From Actinomycetota bacterium (lineage in GTDB: Bacteria > Actinomycetota > Acidimicrobiia > Acidimicrobiales > VFJN01), in assembly GCA_046726215.1 (NCBI GenBank), contig JBKPAA010000039.1:14619-78618 (forward strand): a stretch of 64,000 nucleotides of DNA, in the 5' to 3' direction. The notes below the pieces were generated by a model. That model worked only from the letters and a program-made list of their open reading frames with translations. It had not been told where the DNA came from and ran no database searches. Shown here piece after piece: positions 57,417-64,000 of this stretch (the stretch's first letter is position 1; every line of letters starts with the position of its first letter). The position numbers and the translations under genes were made by a program.

Positions 57417-57690
57417 CAGGTGCAATAGCGGGTGCAATACTTCAGCGCAGTCCGTGGACTCGGCCACACGGGATGAATGATCTGGCCGACGACACCCAGC
57501 TCAGCGGACACCAGCGAACGCCCTGGACGATCGGTCACGGTCTCCTAAGCGGTAGGCCGCAGGTTCGAGTCCTGCCGGGGGCACCGTTGCCGGGGGCACC
57601 GCGAAACTGCTTGTGAGGGCGCTACGGCTTCGTTGGGAGGTGAACCGTCAGGTGCAGTACACATGTCGGTACGCCCGTAGGCCCAGGGAT
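57417..57690 (+). repeat. att-like module D (left arm + tRNA-Arg 3' half with internal duplication + right arm)
   Basis: Left arm caggtgcaatagcgggtgcaat ... gacgacacccagctcagcgga..cctggacgatcgg. Core 57542-57600, containing a duplicated gccgggggcacc separated by gtt. Right arm caggtgcagtacac and cggtacgcc. Confidence 0.75.
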
Positions 57691-57894
57691 CGCGGATCGG
57701 CGGGATGCGGCGGCCACCAGCGCGACTGTATCGGCGACGTCGGCCGACGCATGAGCGAGCGGCCGGACCTGAGCTGGCCCGAGGCGAGGATGTGGTCCGA
57801 CACCCGCGTCGGCGGATCGCGAGCGCCCTGAGCCGAGCCGGTCGATCCGGTCGATCCGCGGCTACAATGCCCGGCAGGCGGATCGGCGGGCACA

Positions 57895-58254
57895 TTGGCG
57901 GAATTCAGAATCCTGGGGACCTTCCAGGTCATCTCCAACGGCGCGAGCCTTCAGCTGGGCCCGCGGAAGCAGCGTGCCCTCCTGGCGATCCTGCTCCTGA
58001 ACGTCAATCAGATCGTTTCCACCGACCTCATCGACGTCATCTGGGGAGGCCGCGCCCCGAGATCGGCGGCCCGTTCGTTGCAGATCTTTGTCTCGGAGGT
58101 GCGGCGGATCCTTTCCGAGCTTCGGATGCTGGGCTCGTTCGACGTCTGGGGCACTGACGGGGTCGTCGGTGTGCGTGTGGACGCCCACCGCTTTGGTGGC
58201 GGGATGGGCGGCAGCTGGCACCGAGCCCGACCTTGCGGGTCCGGCTGTGGTTGA
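57895..58254 (+). CDS. SARP/OmpR-type winged-helix DNA-binding domain ORF (119 aa; possibly the detached N-terminus of the next gene)
   Basis: FRILGTFQVISNGASLQLGPRKQRALLAILLLN..VSTDLIDVIWG..SLQIFVSEVRRIL..VDAHRF matches the AfsR/SARP N-terminal pattern. It ends in a different frame, 8 nt after a candidate GTG of the next gene. Confidence 0.6.
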   Translation: MAEFRILGTFQVISNGASLQLGPRKQRALLAILLLNVNQIVSTDLIDVIWGGRAPRSAARSLQIFVSEVRRILSELRMLGSFDVWGTDGVVGVRVDAHRFGGGMGGSWHRARPCGSGCG

Positions 58255-61006
58255 GCAGGGCACGGCGGCCCGCGGCGCTACGGACGGCTGGTGCCCGCGC
58301 ACGTTCCTGATGACCGACATCGTCGATTCGGTGTCGCTGTGGGAGCGCGACCCGGTGGCGATGTCGCAGGCGGTGGCGTGGCACGACACGGTCATCCAGG
58401 ACGCGGTCGATGCTGCGGGCGGCCAGATGCTGAGAACCAAGGGTGAGGGCGACTCGACGTTCTCGGTCTTCGAACACCCTGCCGGTGCACTTGCCGCGGC
58501 GGCGGATGTCCAAGAGGCGGTTACCGGCGAGCCGTGGCCGTCGATGATGGCGGTGCGGGTGCGCGTCGGCGTGCACACCGGGGATGCGGAGCCGCGTGAC
58601 GGCGACTGGTACGGGCCGGCGGTGAACCGTGCCGCCCGGCTGCGGGCTCTGGCCGACGGCGGGCAGACACTCGTGTCGGGGGTGAGCGCAGGTCTGGTGG
58701 CCGATCGGATGCCCAAGACGGTTCGGCTGCTGTATCTCGGGCGGCGGGTCCTGCGCGGCATCGAGCGGCCCGAAGAGGTATGGGAGCTGGTTCGAGCTGA
58801 CGACCCGAGAATGGCCATTCCGATCTGGGTCAGGGTCGGCGAGCTGCCGGTCGCGCGTACGCGCTTCGTTGGTCGTACCGAGGACCTCGACGATCTCGCG
58901 GAACTGATCCAAACCGAACAGCTGGTCACGCTCACCGGGCCCGGGGGTAGCGGAAAGACCAGATTGGCGCTCGAGGTGGCGAGGTGCGCTCGACGACGAG
59001 GCGTGCGGGTTTGGCTGGCCGAGCTGGCGCCGTTGCGAGACCCGGGTTTGGTGGCCCAGGCGGTTGCCAAGGCGATCGGCCTCGAAACCGGACCAGATCC
59101 GCTGGAGGAACTGCTTGCTCAAGCAGACACGCTTGCCGGGGTTTTGGTGCTCGACAACTGCGAGCACCTGCTCGACGCCTGTGCAGCGCTCACCGAACGG
59201 TTGCTGGTGGCTGCGTCTGACATCCGGGTGCTGGCCACGAGCCGGGAGCCGCTGCGTCTGACCGGAGAGCGAGAGTGGCCCGTTCGATCCCTGGACGTAC
59301 CGGACGAGTCGCTACGGGACCCAGCCGGACTGGCTCGAGTCGAGTCGGTCCAGTTGCTGATCGACCGGGCCCGAGCAGTCCGGCCCGACTTGGATGTCGG
59401 CCAGGATGACGTCATGCCGCTCGTGCAAATCTGCCGCGCTCTCGATGGGGTTCCACTGGCGATCGAGTTGGCAGCCAGCCGACTGCGCTCGCTCGGTGTC
59501 GCTGAGCTGGCCGCCCGACTTGGTGACCAGCTGGCGACGCTCGCACGGCCCATATCCACCTGCCGGGACGACGCCCGGCACCGGTCCCTTCGCATGACCC
59601 TCGATTGGAGCTACGAGCTTCTGACCGAAGAGCAACGCAAAGTTGCCCAGCGCCTGTCCGTGTTCGCTGGCGGGTTCCGCGTCGATGCCGTCGAGGCCGT
59701 GTGCGATAGCGGCGTCGACGTGCTCGACAGCGTCGAGGAGCTGGTTGCCAAGTCCCTGCTCAGCTTCGACGGCACGACCGCCCGGTACCGGCTGCTCGAA
59801 CCGCTCCGCCAGTATCTTGCCGAGCGCTTGGCCGCATCCGGCACGACCGAGGTCGCTCGACGGGCGCACGGGGAGTGGACGGCGAGTCTTTGCCGGCGGT
59901 TGGGCTTCGGCCTGCTGCAGGATCTCAGGGCCCGCAGCACCCGACTCCGCGAGGAGAGCGCCAACGTCGAGGTGGCCCTGCACTGGGCGCTCGAACACGG
60001 CGAACACGAGACTGCGTTGCGAATCGTCGGATCGCTCGGCCAGTACTGGTTCTTCAACGACAACGCTGCCGGCGACCGCTGGTGCGCCGCGGTGATCGAG
60101 GCCAGCGCGTCAGCCCCTCCTCGGCGGCGAGCGCCGGCGCTACTGAGCGCTGGCATGGTGGCCCAGAACGATCAGGCTTGGGACCGGTCGCTGGCCTGGC
60201 TCCACGAGGCACTGGCCATCTACCGGGCCGAACAGGTGGCCCCAGGCCAGGCGGCGGCCCTGTTCTGGCTAGGACGTGCGCACGGCGACCCGGCGGAAGC
60301 CAAACGCTGCTTCGGCGAGAGCCTCGAGCTGTCCATGCAGCTCGGCGAGCGCGTTGGAGGCGGCATGTGTCGAGTCTTCATCAGCGTGCTGGCGGCCCGG
60401 GACGGAGACCTGGACGAGGCGGTGCGGCTGGCGGAACAGGTCGTCGAGGAATGCTGTGCGAGCGCGGTCCACTATCCGGTGGGCCAAGCACTGGTCCTCC
60501 TCGCGTCCATCGCACACCGTCGCGGCCAGGACGACGCCGCTCGCACGTTCCTCCGCGACGCGGTGACGCACAGCCGAGACGTCGACGACCGCCGGCAGCT
60601 GCCCGCGGTGCTGATCGATCTGGCCGCGCAGGAAGCAAGCATGGGACATGGCGCCGAGGCGCTCCAGGCCCTCGCAGAGTCGTCGCAGCTGGATGAGCAG
60701 ATAGGACGACTGCCAAGCCGGTCCTACCAACTCGCCGTCGCGGCCTGGGTGCATCTGGCGCGCGACGAACGGGTGCTGGCGATCTCAGCGCTGGGCGGCT
60801 ACGACGCGCACCCCAGCGAGTTCGCCATCCCGCCCTTCGGCAGGATCGGTGGGCACGTCAACTGGCTCGACCCTGCAGCCATGGCGGCCATGCGAGCCAG
60901 GCTGGACCCGGACGCGGTGGCCGCGGCCGCCGCCATGGCACGCGCCAGATCGCTCGACGGACTCATCGATGAGCTGATCATCCAGCCAGCCGAGGACGCC
61001 AAGTGA
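58247..61006 (+). CDS. Class III nucleotide cyclase domain - NB-ARC-like STAND NTPase - TPR protein
   Basis: Cyclase motifs RTFLMTDIVDS, KGEGDSTFSVF, RVGVHTGDAE and GPAVNRAARL. Walker A GPGGSGKTRLALE, Walker B VLVLDNCEHL, then VLATSREPL. TPR-like C-terminus. The 5' end is uncertain (track ORF starts at 58088). Confidence 0.85.
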   Translation: MVEQGTAARGATDGWCPRTFLMTDIVDSVSLWERDPVAMSQAVAWHDTVIQDAVDAAGGQMLRTKGEGDSTFSVFEHPAGALAAAADVQEAVTGEPWPSMMAVRVRVGVHTGDAEPRDGDWYGPAVNRAARLRALADGGQTLVSGVSAGLVADRMPKTVRLLYLGRRVLRGIERPEEVWELVRADDPRMAIPIWVRVGELPVARTRFVGRTEDLDDLAELIQTEQLVTLTGPGGSGKTRLALEVARCARRRGVRVWLAELAPLRDPGLVAQAVAKAIGLETGPDPLEELLAQADTLAGVLVLDNCEHLLDACAALTERLLVAASDIRVLATSREPLRLTGEREWPVRSLDVPDESLRDPAGLARVESVQLLIDRARAVRPDLDVGQDDVMPLVQICRALDGVPLAIELAASRLRSLGVAELAARLGDQLATLARPISTCRDDARHRSLRMTLDWSYELLTEEQRKVAQRLSVFAGGFRVDAVEAVCDSGVDVLDSVEELVAKSLLSFDGTTARYRLLEPLRQYLAERLAASGTTEVARRAHGEWTASLCRRLGFGLLQDLRARSTRLREESANVEVALHWALEHGEHETALRIVGSLGQYWFFNDNAAGDRWCAAVIEASASAPPRRRAPALLSAGMVAQNDQAWDRSLAWLHEALAIYRAEQVAPGQAAALFWLGRAHGDPAEAKRCFGESLELSMQLGERVGGGMCRVFISVLAARDGDLDEAVRLAEQVVEECCASAVHYPVGQALVLLASIAHRRGQDDAARTFLRDAVTHSRDVDDRRQLPAVLIDLAAQEASMGHGAEALQALAESSQLDEQIGRLPSRSYQLAVAAWVHLARDERVLAISALGGYDAHPSEFAIPPFGRIGGHVNWLDPAAMAAMRARLDPDAVAAAAAMARARSLDGLIDELIIQPAEDAK

Positions 61007-61494
61007 TCCCGCTCCACCGTCTTGCTGGCGTTGCTGATGACTCACGGGCTCCCGGTCATGAGCGCTTGTCCGTCCGATCGCTGGCTCACGACGGTGTCGT
61101 GTTGCTGGGAACTCCAGACCAGATCGCCGACGCCATCCGTCGGGACCGGGCGCTCGCCGAGTACGGGGACTTCGCCTCGTCCCACATCGACACTGACCAC
61201 GTTCGCTGGGCCGGCGACGTCGCCCAAGCGATCCTCAACGCCATCGCCGCCGACCTGGCCGCCGAGCCAGGGCGGCAGCAACAAGGCGACGCTGAGCGCC
61301 ACCACTCCCGGCTCCGCGTCGACGTCGTCACCGGCCTTCCCGTGGGCACAGGCTCACACCGTGAGCGCTCAAACTGCTCCTGGAAGGCGGCCTGCTCAGG
61401 CGTCGGCGGAACGCCGCCCTGTATCACCAGGATCGTGGCCATGTCACCCCTCGACCACATAGTGGTCTCGGGGCTCTGGCTGGACGGCCCCTGA
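61003..61494 (+). CDS. Hypothetical protein
   Basis: GTG overlaps the upstream stop (GTGA). Good codon bias only in the central part (GTPDQIADAIRRDRALAEYGDF...AILNAIAADLAAE). Confidence 0.35.
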   Translation: MIPLHRLAGVADDSRAPGHERLSVRSLAHDGVVLLGTPDQIADAIRRDRALAEYGDFASSHIDTDHVRWAGDVAQAILNAIAADLAAEPGRQQQGDAERHHSRLRVDVVTGLPVGTGSHRERSNCSWKAACSGVGGTPPCITRIVAMSPLDHIVVSGLWLDGP

Positions 61495-61604
61495 TTGGGG
61501 ATTCGACGAAACGAACGAGTTCAAGCACTCCTGCTGGATGGCTGCCCAGGAACATCGGGCTCCAGCACGGCATCGCGGCACGACGATTCCGCCGGGCCGA
61601 GTCG

Positions 61605-61781
61605 TCAGCTAGCTGCAAGCGCGTCCCAGAAGAACGGAAAGACGAAGCACCCCAGACCGGCCGCCAGGAACGACACTTTGCCCCTCTGGTAGCCGATGGC
61701 CGCCAACACGAAAAGGGCCACGGCGACGCCGAAGAAAATCATCTTCCAGGTCGCGTCCAATGGTTCGACCGCAACGATCAT
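61605..61781 (-). CDS. Small membrane protein (58 aa, two TM)
   Basis: GGGAGGA SD 6 nt before ATG 61781. Sequence MIVAVEPLDATWKMIFFGVAVALFVLAAIGY..FLAAGLGCFVFPFFW. Confidence 0.65.
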   Translation of the reverse strand: MIVAVEPLDATWKMIFFGVAVALFVLAAIGYQRGKVSFLAAGLGCFVFPFFWDALAAS

Positions 61782-62361
61782 TGTGGTTCCTCCCCCAACA
61801 GGTCCGATCCAGCGGAACGTACCCCCCCGGCCTGCTCCGAGGGGCGAGCCGTCGACGATCGTCACAGGGGTGCAACCTGTCGTGGTCTGAGGCGCGCTCG
61901 AAACGGTGAGATGACCACGCTAGGGGATGGTCCCAGGCGCGGTGCCGGTGACGCGATTCCGCTCGTGGGCACCGGTCGCGGTTACCAGAACCCATGTACT
62001 AGGTCCACCGGTGCGGCGCTTTGACGACTCGTGCTCGGCCAGGTGGTCACACCGATGAAGCGCCACATGACCCACCGCTCAGACGGGTGTCGGTCGGGGG
62101 ACGGTCGACTGTCGACAGACATGGCGATCACCTGAGCCAACGCGTTCGGCTCCGGCGGTCCCGCCGGGCGCCTCGGCCCAGCGATCGACCTACGGATCCG
62201 CGGCTCTGCGTCGCACGCTGATCGCATCTATGTGACGAGGCGCAGACTCCGGGAATGCGCCCGGTGCCGCATGGCGCATTCGATGCCAGCCGGCCCCTAC
62301 GGGCTCGGCGTTGCGTGCACGGTCCCGAATTGGCAGACGCCCGGAGGGGTACGGACTCAGC

Positions 62362-62526
62362 ATGAGCCCAACTCTGCTTTGGGTGCTCGCGGTGATCCTG
62401 GTCGTCGTGGGCATCATTATGCTCGTCCAGGGACAATGGATCCTCGGGATCGCCTTGATCCTGGCGGGTCTCCTGGTCGGGCCTGGCGGCGTATCTGTCT
62501 TTCGGAGTGGGCGACGCGCAAGGTAG
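62362..62526 (+). CDS. Small membrane protein with a GPGG motif (54 aa)
   Basis: ATG 62362. Two TM segments followed by LLVGPGGVSVF. I recall a GPGG-motif small membrane protein family in actinobacteria; this was not verified. Confidence 0.6.
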   Translation: MSPTLLWVLAVILVVVGIIMLVQGQWILGIALILAGLLVGPGGVSVFRSGRRAR

Positions 62527-63074
62527 TGAGCGTGCAAGCCGACGACCGCAGTCGCTTCGACGTTGCCACCTTCGCCGCCGCTCGCAGTCTTTCGATGCGA
62601 ACGGGGTCCACGTGCTGCATGACGGCAGGGTCGCCCTGGTTCAGTGACCCCGACCGCAAGTCCTTCGCCGTCGAGGAGTAGCCGCGTGAGCAGATCGACG
62701 TCTGCCGACGCGACGCACGTGTTGTACGACTAGGCCGGCGGCGCCAGCGGGATCTCGGCGCCTGATCCATGCGTTGTACGATCGTGTCGAGCGCGATGAC
62801 CCGGAGTTCCGCTCAGCTCTTGTCTCGTACCTCGAATCGGGCACGCGCCTCGCGCAGCAGAGTTCTCAGCCCGGCGCCAAGGGTTGTTGAATACGCCCTG
62901 TTCCGCACTGGGGCTGGGGCGAGGCACTGTCCTATCGGCCCGACTGAGCCGACCGACACAGGGTCGAACATCTATCGATGCGCCTGCGAGTCTCGACCTT
63001 CAACGTGCAGCACGACGAGGGCCACTCGCGGCGCACCAGCCGCGCCGCATCACGGTTCTTGCCCGAGGTGGGCG

Positions 63075-63176
63075 GTCAACGTGTAGGCGATGTCGACGAG
63101 GCGTCGATCGACCCGAACTTCGGGCGGAAGCGCCGGGCTGGCTTGAGCGCGTCCCGCCTGCACGACGCCCGCAATG
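63075..63176 (+). pseudogene. Integrase gene remnant (~100 nt)
   Basis: Aligns by eye with 44739-44839 of the truncated integrase at high nucleotide identity. Encodes ..VDEASIDPNFGRKRRAGLSASRLHDARN versus ..VDEAAIDRNFGRMRAAGLSASRLHDARN. Confidence 0.65.
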
Positions 63177-63191
63177 CGTCTCAGCGGTGCG

Positions 63192-64000
63192 TTACTTGAC
63201 GGTGATTGTCCAGGAACCGACGGCCTGGACCTCGAAGATCTGAGGTTGTCGGCTGATTTGGTGTGAGCCGGTGTACGGCTGGGATGTGCTGACGAGGCGG
63301 TCTGTTCCATGGGCACCGAGGGCCCGCACGTCAAAGTACCGGCCGTCTTTGTTCCCGGTGATCTCGGCGACCGAACCGTCGCCGGTATAGCGCACCACCA
63401 TGTCCCCGTCGCCTTTGAATGAGGTGTTGAAGGTCGGAATGACTGAAAGTGGCAGCACCTCGATTCTCCAGGGGCCGGTGGCACGGACCTCGAAGTCGGT
63501 CGGTTCGCCGCCGTCCCGGTCCAGCCACCGGACTCCGTCGTAGGGCTCGAGGGTGTTAACCAGATGCTGCTCGGCGCCCAGAATTCGGACGCCGAAGTAG
63601 CGGGACGCCGCGTTGCCGGTGATGTAGACGACTGCTGGGCCGGGGGCGTTCTTGGTGAACTTGACCACGGCGTCGGTCGAGCCGGTCAACACGATCGTGG
63701 CGTTGTGGCTCTCCTCGGCCGAGCGCTCCTCTGCGGCGGCGGCGGCGGCGGTTGCCATCCCCGACTCGCTAGCCGATGGCAATGTCGCTGGTGGTGGCTC
63801 GGCGGTCGTCTTGGCCGCGGCTCGTCGAAGGGCACTGTCGGGCGCGCCCGTCCGTGGCTGGTTGTCGTCTGGCGAACGTTGCCACTGCTCTTGGTCGTAC
63901 GGCGGGTGCGGCTGCTGTTCGGGCTGCGTGCTGGGGGCGGACGGAGCCGACCTCAGTCCCGGCGCAGCAGCAGGGAACGACGGGGGCAGGGACCGGTACC
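63192..64000 (-). CDS. Protein with two tandem beta-rich repeats and a P/Q-rich linker (N-terminus outside window)
   Basis: The frame stays open upstream of the track start (TTG 63782) to the window edge (..QPHPPYDQEQWQRSPDDNQP..AEPPPATLPS..). The two C-terminal repeats end in GPWRIEVLP and GSWTITVK. Confidence 0.65.
   Translation of the reverse strand, partial: YRSLPPSFPAAAPGLRSAPSAPSTQPEQQPHPPYDQEQWQRSPDDNQPRTGAPDSALRRAAAKTTAEPPPATLPSASESGMATAAAAAAEERSAEESHNATIVLTGSTDAVVKFTKNAPGPAVVYITGNAASRYFGVRILGAEQHLVNTLEPYDGVRWLDRDGGEPTDFEVRATGPWRIEVLPLSVIPTFNTSFKGDGDMVVRYTGDGSVAEITGNKDGRYFDVRALGAHGTDRLVSTSQPYTGSHQISRQPQIFEVQAVGSWTITVK

Noticed and set aside
61086-61460. Minus-strand 124-aa ORF starting with the plausible-looking MATILVIQGGVPPTPEQAAFQEQF
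   Set aside because: After about 27 codons the translation degenerates (runs of TCG/GCG/ACG codons, Cys/Trp/Arg-rich). The opposite strand has the better codon pattern over 61090-61330. Neither call is strong.

Overview
Visibly high-GC, Actinomycetota-style chromosomal DNA: strong third-position GC bias, many GTG/TTG starts, frequent ATGA/GTGA stop-start overlaps, and long antisense shadow ORFs in the six-frame track. Positions 1-31 kb look like ordinary core or accessory chromosome. They encode FAD oxidoreductases, a polyprenyl synthase, a class III cyclase/P-loop/TPR giant protein in an unusual operon, a GT2, and an iron ABC importer next to a DtxR/IdeR repressor. They also encode NDH-2, a peroxiredoxin, a CDF transporter, an OmpR/HK pair and an M20 peptidase. 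An intact tRNA-Arg(CCT) lies at 31021-31094 and is followed by a LacI/sugar-ABC cluster. From about 37.5 kb to the window end the sequence is a mosaic of lower-GC islands. They are separated by four partial copies of the tRNA-Arg 3' half, each with conserved flanking arms carrying CAGGTGCA-type repeats (att-like modules). This part contains a truncated tyrosine integrase, a second integrase remnant, several frameshifted or truncated genes, a hybrid HK/RR pair and paralogous secreted proteins. It also contains a TAT-signal PAP2/vanadium-haloperoxidase-like enzyme. The most interesting unit is a 3.7 kb integrase-less cassette bracketed by two complete att-like modules. It encodes an archaeo-eukaryotic-primase-like domain fused to an SF2 helicase, plus three small proteins. 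Next to it is a SARP-type winged-helix ORF abutting a cyclase/NB-ARC/TPR STAND protein. All functional calls rest on motifs read by eye; no database search was possible.
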